Shown piece after piece: positions 38,237 through 47,420 of a stretch of DNA of 64,000 nt. The first letter of the stretch is position 1, and the number at the start of each line of letters is the position of its first letter. The notes under the pieces were generated by a model. The model worked only from the letters and a program-made list of their open reading frames with translations. It was not told the DNA's origin and ran no database searches. The stretch lies in IMG/VR virus record IMGVR_UViG_2531839647_000001, positions 3,759-67,758 of that record; one strand, given 5' to 3'. Source of the DNA: a virus (lineage: Duplodnaviria > Caudoviricetes). Position numbers and translations under genes: made by a program.

Positions 38237-39178
38237 TTAATACACTTCAAAAGCTGTTAATAACCACGCATTACCACCTTCCCGCTTAATCAAAGAAGCT
38301 TCATGTGAATTAAAAACAATATTAATTCGTGTTGATAATCCACGTTCTGTTCGCCGTTGTGTACTTCCTTGAGCAATTGTCTCCACAATATTATCTACTA
38401 ACATATGTACAACATCTTCATATGTCATGCCGTCACTTTCCATACGGCGCTTGATAATATGCTTAATGCCCTGTTTATCGCTGCCATATTCAAAATCCAC
38501 CCAGCCTAGATCATTGCGATACATAGCTCTATGAACTGTGGTTTTTTCCATAATGGCTTTGTTCATCGCAGCTTTACCACGTGTGATATTTGCTGTAACT
38601 GATTTGATTGGACTCGCGCTATCAAATTCAGGCTTTCCCGATTCGGATTGACCAGCCTCCGAACTTATACCTAGTTGTTGCTTAGCATGTTCAATTTGTT
38701 CCTTCAGTTGGTCACGCTGAGCTGTTTGTTTTGCTAAATCTTCATCTAGCTTTTGTTCTTGTTCTTGTACTTCTTTAATTTTCTGATCTACAGAAGTACG
38801 GCGCGGCGGCAAACTAACTTTTTCCCGTTTATTTTGTTCTTGTATCTTAGATTGTGCTTCACGAATAAGCTTAGCTACCCCAGCCACGGCGTTTTCAAAT
38901 GTTGGCTTATAGTCATCACTAAAATCGCCTGATAGCACAATTACTTTGTCATTCAGTTCGGCCTTGACCACATCTGCTAAAGCTCGAACATAAAGCGTAA
39001 GTATTGCACCACCAGAAAAGAATAAAGCTACTGGTAAAACACTAACACCAGCAACGCGCTTAATTTTGCGAAACTCAGGTGTGACAATAGTTTGCCCTGT
39101 TGCCTTTTCTAATGCAGATTGGATCTTTTTAATATATGGAGTAGTAGCTGTTACAGCTGCAAGATTAAGACTGCCCAT
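38237..39178 (-). CDS. Hdf/DarA_N-like domain, coiled coil and C-terminal PBECR-like (Barnase/EndoU/ColicinE5/RelE fold) nuclease
   Basis: N-terminal KRVAGVSVLPVALFFSGG; C-terminal MYRNDLGWVDFEYG...GIKHIIKRR...AWLLTAFE; start moved to ATG 39178. Confidence 0.65.
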   Translation of the reverse strand: MGSLNLAAVTATTPYIKKIQSALEKATGQTIVTPEFRKIKRVAGVSVLPVALFFSGGAILTLYVRALADVVKAELNDKVIVLSGDFSDDYKPTFENAVAGVAKLIREAQSKIQEQNKREKVSLPPRRTSVDQKIKEVQEQEQKLDEDLAKQTAQRDQLKEQIEHAKQQLGISSEAGQSESGKPEFDSASPIKSVTANITRGKAAMNKAIMEKTTVHRAMYRNDLGWVDFEYGSDKQGIKHIIKRRMESDGMTYEDVVHMLVDNIVETIAQGSTQRRTERGLSTRINIVFNSHEASLIKREGGNAWLLTAFEVY

Positions 39179-39205
39179 GAAAAATAACCTCATTAATATG
39201 AGATT

Positions 39206-39246
39206 ATTTTGCAATTTATCTAATCAGTGATAAGAAAGTGGTTCCA
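39206..39246 (-). promoter_or_regulatory. Putative late promoter (TGGAAC-N30-AAAAT) for the Hdf-PBECR gene
   Basis: gttcca at 39241-39246 and atttt at 39206-39210. Confidence 0.75.
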
Positions 39247-39342
39247 TAAAAAATTTTAAATCATGTTTAAAAATTATTTATATTGAAATCTTTATTAACT
39301 TCTAAGAATATCCTAAATAAATTGAATGTTTGGAATTTATGA

Positions 39343-41064
39343 ATGCTACAAATTTGTACAGGAAAACTTTATACCCGAGAAATTGAATATCGAAATAATT
39401 TAAAAGGGATTATTTATACAAATTTAAAATTATTTCGTGATGAAAAAATTCAGACTAAAGCAGGCACAATACTATCTGTTGAAAATGCAGAAGGTCCAAA
39501 TACTGTTATCTATGAAATAGAAGAACTAGTTGAAGAAACTGAAAGTAAACCAGGAGTTCTAATTTCTCATGGGATTAGTTATTTAATTTTAGACTTTTCT
39601 ACAATTCTTTCCTTTACTTTAAATTGTACAGCTTCACCTAGTCATTCACTTACGGAACGATTGCTAAGCGATGAACGAGGGGTTTCTACTCATACATCAC
39701 CAAGTAAAATGATTAAAACCGTTTTTGACAAAAATATTTTCTGCCAAGAAGAAGATCAAAAATTTTTTATAAGCTTCACTAATCATTTAATTGGACTAGA
39801 ACGTAAAACGTTTTTAGGTGTAATGAGTTCAATTCGAACATATGTTACAGGCATGCATCGAATCGCCGATGATTTTGAATTAGCCTACACTCTACTCGTT
39901 GCATCAATTGAATCTCTTGCACAAAATTTCGATGGTCACCAATCAACTTGGGAAGATTTCGATCAGCTTAAAAAAAAGAAAATTGATGAAGCATTAAATG
40001 GATGTGAAACTGAAATTGCTCTAAGAGTTAGGGAGGCAATATTAAGTTTAGAGCATACCTCTTTAAGAAAAAGATTCGAAGCATTTGCACTTGAACATGT
40101 ATCTCCTTCTTATTTTAGGGAGGATGCTGATTTTGTACTAAATCCTATTGCTAAATTAGATTTACCGACAGCCCTTTCAAATGCTTATCAAGCTAGATCA
40201 AAATATGTGCACAATTTAATAAAATTACCAAAGCAATTAATCTTTGCTGAATATTCTGAAACGTGTTCAATAAACGATAAAAAATGGCTTACCCTCCAAG
40301 GGTTATCGAGACTTGCAAGGCATGTAATTATCGAATTTGTTATGAAACAAAAAATTATTGAAAAAGAACCATACGATTATTCTTTAGAACGATCTAATAT
40401 TTTACAAGTGCATTTAGCACCTCAATATTGGATTGCATATCCTGACTTTAGCATAGGTGCTGGGATTCAAAAGCTGGAAGGGTTTCTTTCTCAGCTAAAA
40501 GAATGTTTAACAAATGTTCCTGATGCGAGTGTAACTGACTTATCAAACGTTTTAGACGAATTTGAATCTAAAATTGATACATTAAAGCAAGCAGATAAAC
40601 ATGCTTTTCTAGCTTTATACATAATTTATAACGCATATTTGAATAAAACATATGAAGACCATGAACAACGTATAAAAAAAGCAAGAAGATTTATTAAGAA
40701 ACATCAAAAAAAGATTTCAAATCCTTGCGTTGAAGGTCTTATAGTTAACAGTTTGCTAATACTTGATATTCAATGGGATATTGAAGAACATGAAAAATAC
40801 TTACAACAATATTTTAAAGATAGAGATAAAAAATTAAAAATAAGATGTCCAGATATATTTGAATCAGGAATGATTCTTCAATTAGCTGAACGTTATCGAA
40901 AAGATGGTAATCAGATAAAGGCAATTGAACTAATTGAAATGGCCGTTGAAAACCTACCTTCTCACAAAGAACTACGCAATTTTGAAAACGAATATAAAAA
41001 ATCTCCAAAAAAAATTGATAGTAAGGAAATATTATTCCCAATCATTGAGGAAAAAAGCCCATAA
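39343..41064 (+). CDS. HEPN-domain (ApeA-like) putative anti-phage protein, moron
   Basis: AYTLLVASIESLA...AYQARSKYVH (RxxxxH); AT-rich, opposite strand, own terminator. Confidence 0.65.
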   Translation: MLQICTGKLYTREIEYRNNLKGIIYTNLKLFRDEKIQTKAGTILSVENAEGPNTVIYEIEELVEETESKPGVLISHGISYLILDFSTILSFTLNCTASPSHSLTERLLSDERGVSTHTSPSKMIKTVFDKNIFCQEEDQKFFISFTNHLIGLERKTFLGVMSSIRTYVTGMHRIADDFELAYTLLVASIESLAQNFDGHQSTWEDFDQLKKKKIDEALNGCETEIALRVREAILSLEHTSLRKRFEAFALEHVSPSYFREDADFVLNPIAKLDLPTALSNAYQARSKYVHNLIKLPKQLIFAEYSETCSINDKKWLTLQGLSRLARHVIIEFVMKQKIIEKEPYDYSLERSNILQVHLAPQYWIAYPDFSIGAGIQKLEGFLSQLKECLTNVPDASVTDLSNVLDEFESKIDTLKQADKHAFLALYIIYNAYLNKTYEDHEQRIKKARRFIKKHQKKISNPCVEGLIVNSLLILDIQWDIEEHEKYLQQYFKDRDKKLKIRCPDIFESGMILQLAERYRKDGNQIKAIELIEMAVENLPSHKELRNFENEYKKSPKKIDSKEILFPIIEEKSP

Positions 41065-41073
41065 AATTAAGTA

Positions 41074-41114
41074 AATTTAAGTTCTCATTTTATTCATTAA
41101 TGAGAACTTAAATT
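41074..41114. terminator. Long inverted repeat between convergent genes
   Basis: aatttaagttctcatt-ttattcatt-aatgagaacttaaatt. Confidence 0.65.
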
Positions 41115-41209
41115 AAGTAACGGAGAGCTCTTTATAATCTTTTAAGAAATGGGATTATAATCAACTAGGTTCATTTCCTGATCTGCACTCTTGTATATCT
41201 TATAATTCT

Positions 41210-42034
41210 TTAATCCGAGTTTCTATCTTTAGCACATGGTAACCAAATCAAATCTGATCCTGCAGCATTTTGATTTTCTGAACCCCAACACCAACCACCA
41301 TTTTTTATATCAACATATAAAGCATCTCTTGCGTTACAGCTTTGAATTGTTTTGGGGTCATCACCCGAACCACCACGGCATGAATCATTGAGCTTTTCAA
41401 ATTGAGAAATTTTGTTTTGAATGATTTTAGGAAGTTCAGAAGGTTGTTTTTTCAGATAATCGTTTATACCTTGTATTGATAGGTCACCAGCTTGATAGTA
41501 ATGAACATAAATAATCGGCAACTCTTCAATTTGATTAGTCGTAGGGTTCGTATAAGTAAATACATCTGACGGCGCTACAGTGCCTTTAAATGCGATTATA
41601 TCTCCTTCTATTACCCTCGCTTTTTCATTCGGGTCAAAAACCAGTACTGCTAAGTTACCATCGAAATTAGCTTTATTTCCGATTACACCATATAGACCAG
41701 CCTTTTGATTAATTAGAGGCCGTGTTGATACCAAAGCTAAAGTGTGATTATCAACTTTTTGGATTGAATCAATACTCGCTGCGCCTACTACCTTTGTACC
41801 TACAGCATAATCATGAAATCTGATAGCTCTATAGGTTTTGTCATCATTTATTAAAATACTTTGATTCAAAAAATCAGATTCATTTAAAGATGAGAAATCA
41901 TAAGTTGCTTCCGCTTTAACTGGTTCTTGCATTGCTGATTTAGAACCTTCAGCTGGTTGCTCATTATTTTTATTACAACCAGCTAATGCAAGCATAGTAA
42001 TTAATACCGTTAAATTTAAAGCTCTAAGAGTCAT
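41210..42034 (-). CDS. Lipoprotein (OB-fold-like centre, Cys-rich C-terminus)
   Basis: Lipobox LALAGC; CRGGSGDDP...C...GWCWG...WLPC. Confidence 0.65.
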   Translation of the reverse strand: MTLRALNLTVLITMLALAGCNKNNEQPAEGSKSAMQEPVKAEATYDFSSLNESDFLNQSILINDDKTYRAIRFHDYAVGTKVVGAASIDSIQKVDNHTLALVSTRPLINQKAGLYGVIGNKANFDGNLAVLVFDPNEKARVIEGDIIAFKGTVAPSDVFTYTNPTTNQIEELPIIYVHYYQAGDLSIQGINDYLKKQPSELPKIIQNKISQFEKLNDSCRGGSGDDPKTIQSCNARDALYVDIKNGGWCWGSENQNAAGSDLIWLPCAKDRNSD

Positions 42035-42041
42035 TAATAAA

Positions 42042-44285
42042 CTAACCTTCTAAGTTTCCCATTCCTATTCCACCAGTTAAAGCATGGGCTAGGTATCTAT
42101 CATTTACATTCTGACCGATATTACCATTATTTCCATTAACAACAACGACTTCCTGAGGATTTGGTGTATTAAGTGGCTGTTTAAAGGCTGGTATTTTTGT
42201 TATAGGAATACTTTTTAAGCTAGTTACATTTGAGCTTTGATCCCTGTTTGAAGTTGGTATATGTGGAGTTCTAGAGCTCAGTACGCCTGAGAGTTTTCTA
42301 CTTGTTTGGTTATAGATATTCTCCTGCTTTTGCTCAACCTTAGAAGCGCTCTTTACTGTTTTAGCTTCAATATCTTTTAACGTTTTAGAGTTATCTTGCT
42401 TATCTGTGAGTAGTGATCTTTTACCAGCATCAACATGGATATTTTGTGCCATTGCAGAACGTTTCATAGCTTCAGCTTCAGCTGCTGCTGGTCGCTCATA
42501 ATATCGAGAAATAATAGCGCCAGCTTGATTAGCGGTTTTAGATTGTCTTAACTTTTTACCTGCAGATGATTCATTGTTATTTAATTCCCAGTTAACAAAA
42601 GCTAATTGTTCTTGATATGAGGATTGACGAATATCTTTACCAAACTTTTGTTTAAATTTAGCTTGTCTATCAGGATGCCATTGACCAATTCCAAAAGCTT
42701 TACCACTATCACCTATAGCCGTATGTTTAAAGCCACTTTCAGCTTCAAGATTCGCAACTATTCCAGCAGCTTGTTCAGATGTCCAATTTCCCCCTTCCTT
42801 GCTTGTGAAAAACTTTAATGCCTCATCTCTAGCAGATGATCTATTAACAGGTTGTGCAATAGTGGCACCATATTGTGCTACACCAGCATTTGCACCAAAA
42901 CCCAGCTTATAAACGCCTTGGCCGATGCCCCATGTTGGAACACCGTCATGGAATGGATTAAATCGGTTAAATTTATCCTTAATGAAATCTAAAGTATCGC
43001 CAGTAGTATCTTTAACTCCGTCTACAACTTTTGAAGCTGTACCTTTCGCCTGTTCGAAAGCATTAGACGCATAACTTAAAAATCCTTTCCATGCACTATT
43101 AATAATACCTGGTACATCTGCAGCTATTAAAGAATCTGTCCACTCTTTGAAATACGGCGCAACTACGGTTCCTAGCTTATTCCCAATCCAAGAACCAGTC
43201 ATGCCCCCAATTAATGTACCAGCTGGACCAAATAAAGAACCGACAGTACCACCAATTACTCCACCTGCAAGACTACCAACTGTACCGCCCTTTTCTTGTG
43301 TGCTTTGTTCATTCCAATCTAACAATGATGCTCCAGCAGCCAGTGCACCAATTACGGGTAGTCCACGGCCAAACTTAAGAAGTTTACCCAAGCCCTTTCC
43401 TAATTTCCCTACACCTTTCTTTCCTTTGCCTAGAGCACCACCTAGAAGCCCACCACCAGCAGATAACACGGAAGTAAGTAATTTCCCTAGAGAACTTAAT
43501 AAACCGCCTCTAGCAGCTAAATTATCGGCAATTCGCTGCAATAACTTTATTTGTTTACGGTTATGGCTCTCATGCTCTCTTGGTAATGGTTCATTACGTT
43601 TTTTACTACGCATCAATCCAGTTAATGGCCGCAAGGCTAAACCAGCAGCACGGCGTACAGGTGAAAGTAAGTGACCAACTTCATTGATTGCATCAACTGT
43701 AGGATCTACACCTTGCGGTGAGTTCGGCATTACACCCTTTACCGCCGTGGTAATTGTTTGTGCAACTTTGCTAATAGCGGATTGGTTTTTAACATCATCT
43801 TGATTAGAAACAAAACGTCCGTTCTCATCACGTTCTGGTGTAGATGAGCTTACGACCTTATTCAAATCTTCATGGCTATTAATCTCTATAGCTGGCTTTC
43901 GTGCCTTAGGTCGGTTGATTTGTTCTTTATTTGCTGAATTAAGGTCACTAACCGATTGCTCCAATACATCTGCAAAGTCTTTCACCAACTTATCGGCTAC
44001 AACAAAAGACTGCGTGATAGGATTTGCTTTTTCTTTTAATAAATCTTCAAAGTCTAGAGCTTGTCTATTATTGACAGCATTTAGCATCTTTTGAAATTCA
44101 GTAAGTTTTGGCTGAGGCTTAGCTAACTGTGTTTTTTGCTCTTCAAAGCTTTGAGTAAGAATATCTATGATTCTTTCAATATTTGAATCAATCGCACTTA
44201 CTTTTTTTTCAACTCGTTTCATCCCGATGATGAAGCCCAGCTCATCGTATGATAAAACTGGATTATTGTGATTTGAATCTGCCAT
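42042..44285 (-). CDS. Tape-measure-like protein with a phage tail lysozyme domain
   Basis: Gly-rich hydrophobic segment; QAAGIVANLEAESGF...AFGIGQWH..R...QLAFVNWEL...YERP. Confidence 0.75.
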   Translation of the reverse strand: MADSNHNNPVLSYDELGFIIGMKRVEKKVSAIDSNIERIIDILTQSFEEQKTQLAKPQPKLTEFQKMLNAVNNRQALDFEDLLKEKANPITQSFVVADKLVKDFADVLEQSVSDLNSANKEQINRPKARKPAIEINSHEDLNKVVSSSTPERDENGRFVSNQDDVKNQSAISKVAQTITTAVKGVMPNSPQGVDPTVDAINEVGHLLSPVRRAAGLALRPLTGLMRSKKRNEPLPREHESHNRKQIKLLQRIADNLAARGGLLSSLGKLLTSVLSAGGGLLGGALGKGKKGVGKLGKGLGKLLKFGRGLPVIGALAAGASLLDWNEQSTQEKGGTVGSLAGGVIGGTVGSLFGPAGTLIGGMTGSWIGNKLGTVVAPYFKEWTDSLIAADVPGIINSAWKGFLSYASNAFEQAKGTASKVVDGVKDTTGDTLDFIKDKFNRFNPFHDGVPTWGIGQGVYKLGFGANAGVAQYGATIAQPVNRSSARDEALKFFTSKEGGNWTSEQAAGIVANLEAESGFKHTAIGDSGKAFGIGQWHPDRQAKFKQKFGKDIRQSSYQEQLAFVNWELNNNESSAGKKLRQSKTANQAGAIISRYYERPAAAEAEAMKRSAMAQNIHVDAGKRSLLTDKQDNSKTLKDIEAKTVKSASKVEQKQENIYNQTSRKLSGVLSSRTPHIPTSNRDQSSNVTSLKSIPITKIPAFKQPLNTPNPQEVVVVNGNNGNIGQNVNDRYLAHALTGGIGMGNLEG

Positions 44286-44314
44286 AACAAAAATGCCCCA
44301 TTTTGATATAGGGC

Positions 44315-44355
44315 ATTTTGGATAATTTTTTTATATAAAATCCTATGAAGTTCCT
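44315..44355 (-). promoter_or_regulatory. Putative late promoter (AGGAAC-N30-AAAAT) for the tape-measure operon
   Basis: gttcct at 44350-44355 and atttt at 44315-44319. Confidence 0.7.
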
Positions 44356-44368
44356 ATTGTTATAATTC

Positions 44369-44638
44369 TTAGACAGGCCATCTAACCTCCAATTTAAGTG
44401 TGCTTGGTGTATGAATGCCAGCATTTGCTTGGTATCCATCAGCTCTTAAGACGTTTACCACAGTTTCTAACACATTTAATGGGACGAAATCTGGATCAAA
44501 CACTCGAGTTAAATCACCACTGCTTGGATTATTTTTAATAAATTCATATACCTGATTTAGTAATGATTCAGAAGTCGGTTTCGCAGTTTGAGATGCCAGT
44601 TTAGTTGCTTCAGCTGCAGTAATACGATTTGATGACAT
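44369..44638 (-). CDS. Hypothetical protein
   Basis: ORF with a GAGA RBS; N-terminal ITAAEA pattern common in small phage proteins. Confidence 0.6.
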   Translation of the reverse strand: MSSNRITAAEATKLASQTAKPTSESLLNQVYEFIKNNPSSGDLTRVFDPDFVPLNVLETVVNVLRADGYQANAGIHTPSTLKLEVRWPV

Positions 44639-44743
44639 TTGAAAGTCTCTATTAAGTTATTGGTTCTTATTAATATAGTCAGACTAGGGTGAAAACATGG
44701 GAAGTATTTTTAATTTTCGTCATCATTTGTTCAATAGTTATGC

Positions 44744-44770
44744 AAAAGCCCTCCATTTGGGAAGGCTTTT
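44744..44770. terminator. Bidirectional terminator
   Basis: aaaagccctcc-attt-gggaaggctttt (imperfect stem). Confidence 0.6.
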
Positions 44771-44788
44771 TAAAGTCATTAATTAAAA

Positions 44789-45070
44789 CTATTTACGCAT
44801 TTCTTTTACGACCAATATAGAAAAGCCAAGAGGCATAAAAAATATTAAAAAAGTGCTGGCAATAATAAGACCTATTGCAAGGAAATCGAAAGCTACTCCA
44901 GTTTGAATTAAATCCATTGGAGCAAAGAAATAATCTATTGCGTGTTGTTGCATTTTTATAGCAGGTGGGAAAAAAACTTTAAATGCAATTAAATAGGTGA
45001 TTAAAATAACCAAATACGCCCACCATGGTAGGGGATCATTATCCTTTGGATTAGTAACTTGATGAGACAT
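44789..45070 (-). CDS. Two-TM membrane protein
   Basis: AGGAG RBS; two hydrophobic helices. Confidence 0.6.
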   Translation of the reverse strand: MSHQVTNPKDNDPLPWWAYLVILITYLIAFKVFFPPAIKMQQHAIDYFFAPMDLIQTGVAFDFLAIGLIIASTFLIFFMPLGFSILVVKEMRK

Positions 45071-45152
45071 TTTTGCTCCTTAGTTCTAAAGGCTGTCAAT
45101 TTATTGTAGATTTCAAACAAATAGTATATTCATTACTCAACTATATTCCAGT

Positions 45153-45998
45153 TCAATTTTCACTTAGTTTTTCATCTTCAGGATCTACTTCACCGGCTTC
45201 AATTAAGGCAAGCTTACGCATAAATGCTTCTTCTTTTTTCCGCTTCATATTAGCCTTGGCTAATGCCATACGCTCTTCTGCGCCTGAGATAACAGAACTT
45301 CGGCGTGCCTGAACTTCCGATTGATCTTTCAAATCATCAACATCTAAACCCCAGAACATTGCTTCAGTTCGAGCAATGTTAGAAATGCTGATACTTTGTT
45401 TAACGTTCAAATCAACCACTTGACTAATCAAGCCCATTTTAAACTTAACCAGCGCCAATTCATCTTCAGTAGGATTATTCAGATTAAGTACTTCATCTCT
45501 AATATGAATAACGCTATCGATAGTGTCTGTAATTAACTCCCCGAGCTTATGAGCTCTAATACGGTTATTTTTGACAACCAAAGCTGACTTTAGATAGTTC
45601 TCGTTGACTGTAGAACGCCCGCCGTTGTTATGACCACTATTTTTTGAGTTTTGACTATTAAATTCAGCAATATTTGACGTTTTTTTGACAGATTTTTGAC
45701 TATCACTTTTTTCTGATTTTTCAGTGCCTTGTGTATCATCTTGACCATTGTTTTTTTTGGTCAATTTTTTAATCTCTTTATTAAGCTCTTGGGCTGTCTT
45801 TTTGACTAGAGATTTAGCTTTCTTTTTCCATTTCTCAGCAAGTGCTTTACGGCGTACAACGGATGGCGAAGGCATCTCACAACCGAGTTCTTCGCCAACC
45901 TGATCAACTAAACCTTGCCACGTAATCTTAGGAGAAGATTCATAGACTTCTTTTAGCCGGTTCCAAATTTCTTCCGAGTATTCAATCTTGCGAGCCAT
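45153..45998 (-). CDS. Terminase small subunit candidate (PacA-like)
   Basis: N-terminal HTH (W..LK..YE...VRRKALAEKW), charged linker, helical C-terminus ending WGLD. Confidence 0.55.
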   Translation of the reverse strand: MARKIEYSEEIWNRLKEVYESSPKITWQGLVDQVGEELGCEMPSPSVVRRKALAEKWKKKAKSLVKKTAQELNKEIKKLTKKNNGQDDTQGTEKSEKSDSQKSVKKTSNIAEFNSQNSKNSGHNNGGRSTVNENYLKSALVVKNNRIRAHKLGELITDTIDSVIHIRDEVLNLNNPTEDELALVKFKMGLISQVVDLNVKQSISISNIARTEAMFWGLDVDDLKDQSEVQARRSSVISGAEERMALAKANMKRKKEEAFMRKLALIEAGEVDPEDEKLSEN

Positions 45999-46011
45999 TA
46001 AAGTCTATCCC

Positions 46012-46698
46012 TTAATCAGTAAATAGACCTATTTGTTTTACTTCAGCTATAGCTTGTTGCTGTAAAGAAGCCTTGCTAAAACGTTTTTTATTTTGGATAA
46101 GATCAATTAGAGCTTTTTGCTGTAAATCGTTCTCTTCACGTTGGAAAACATCATCGATAGCCATTTCTAAGTTACGGATTTGTTTCGCACGATTTTGTTC
46201 ACACTCACGAACGATACGCATAAGAGTGTGAAGTTCTGGTAAAACCTTTTCTTGAATAGATTGATCTTGCGATAAACATGCTTGAATGAGCCCTTTTGAG
46301 GCTTCAAGTAACTCAACCGTTAAGGCTTTAGGGAAAGAAGTAATATGCTGTGCTGCAGCCATACTTAATTGAAATGCCATGGCTTGAGTATATTCACTCA
46401 TCATTTCACCAAGACTGTTAAACAGAATACCAGCTACAGAAGCCGTTTTATCTAGTTCAGGTTCAATTGTAAAACCAAGAACCCAGTCGGCTGAAACACC
46501 ATATTTTTGACATAGCAAAGAAAGTAATTCTGCATCAGGCATTAACTTACCGTTTTCAATTTCACTCATTCGATTTTTATGTGGAGTACCGAATATCTCT
46601 AATGCTACGTCTTCTTGACGTAATTGAGCCATGTCACGCGCCATTGCAAGTTTTCTACCGATAAGTACTCGACGTTGCAAATCGCTCTTTTTCGCCAT
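46012..46698 (-). CDS. XRE-family HTH regulator with a helical C-terminal domain
   Basis: GRKLAMARDMAQLRQEDVA...MSEIENG..MPDAELL..LC..YGVSADWVLG. Confidence 0.8.
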   Translation of the reverse strand: MAKKSDLQRRVLIGRKLAMARDMAQLRQEDVALEIFGTPHKNRMSEIENGKLMPDAELLSLLCQKYGVSADWVLGFTIEPELDKTASVAGILFNSLGEMMSEYTQAMAFQLSMAAAQHITSFPKALTVELLEASKGLIQACLSQDQSIQEKVLPELHTLMRIVRECEQNRAKQIRNLEMAIDDVFQREENDLQQKALIDLIQNKKRFSKASLQQQAIAEVKQIGLFTD

Positions 46699-47388
46699 TT
46701 AAATGCTTCTCCCAGCTAACCAATCAAAATCTACAGATTGTGACAACCAATCAGTTTCATCAGTAAACACGCAAGAAAGCCAGACACAACCGTTTTCACA
46801 TGGTTCTGCCAGCTTAATTTGTTCACTTATGAAAATATTGTCGTCTTTGAATAACAAGCCATCACCTTTGACACTATCAATAATAAGTTTGGGATAGTTA
46901 TCAATATCAAATCGTGGATATGTCTTAGCGCTGTAAGAACGAGTTTTAAGTGGTGGTTGAACAATTAACCGTATTTCACAAAGTTGATCGATAGCTTTTA
47001 ACTTAAGTGCTTTAAACATAGGTCCATATTGCTTTTGAACCTTGTCTTTATATTTTTTAGCACCTACAGAAAGACTATTTCTTTGCTTTCCGTTCTGATC
47101 AATTGTAGCCCGCCAAATCTCGTTAGCGCTTAAGCCATAAGGCAATTTGATTGTGATGTATTGCTTACCAGAAATGATAACACCGCCTGTGCTTCCCCTA
47201 TATATACTATTTTCACCATCATTTTCTTTTTCTATATGGCACGGGAAAAACACATGTTTAGATGAGCTAGTTTTTTGCTTTTTAACTTTGTCATGACCTG
47301 ATGAAAAACTGAAATCCTTAAAGAGTTCCTGTCTTTTATTATTAGAGAAAAATTCACTCCACTGACGGCGTTTAGAACGTGATGACAT
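46699..47388 (-). CDS. rusA: RusA-like Holliday junction resolvase
   Basis: LPYGLSANEIWR and RFDIDNYPKLIIDS...FKDD catalytic Asp motifs. Confidence 0.8.
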   Translation of the reverse strand: MSSRSKRRQWSEFFSNNKRQELFKDFSFSSGHDKVKKQKTSSSKHVFFPCHIEKENDGENSIYRGSTGGVIISGKQYITIKLPYGLSANEIWRATIDQNGKQRNSLSVGAKKYKDKVQKQYGPMFKALKLKAIDQLCEIRLIVQPPLKTRSYSAKTYPRFDIDNYPKLIIDSVKGDGLLFKDDNIFISEQIKLAEPCENGCVWLSCVFTDETDWLSQSVDFDWLAGRSI

Positions 47389-47420
47389 TCTGAAAAACTC
47401 AATTAAATTTTATTTAAGTG

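Noticed and set aside
38038-38250. N-terminal extension of ORF 37681..38250 (and the extensions of 38237..39214, 20011..20673, 59642..60049, 63701..64000)
   Set aside because: The extensions overlap promoters, hairpins, leaders or neighbouring genes; downstream ATGs fit better
41134-41173. TGAAC-N30-ATTAT pointing antisense toward the HEPN gene
   Set aside because: The box is mismatched, no gene follows, and a hairpin lies just downstream; could be chance in AT-rich DNA
43147-43674. 175-aa Pro-rich plus-strand ORF
   Set aside because: Shadow of Gly codons in the tape-measure gene; the same applies to 17974-18426, 28556-28807 and the other short antisense ORFs
45153-45998. P1-style pac site (clustered TGATCA/G hexamers) in the terS-like gene
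   Set aside because: Only isolated GATC sites, no cluster
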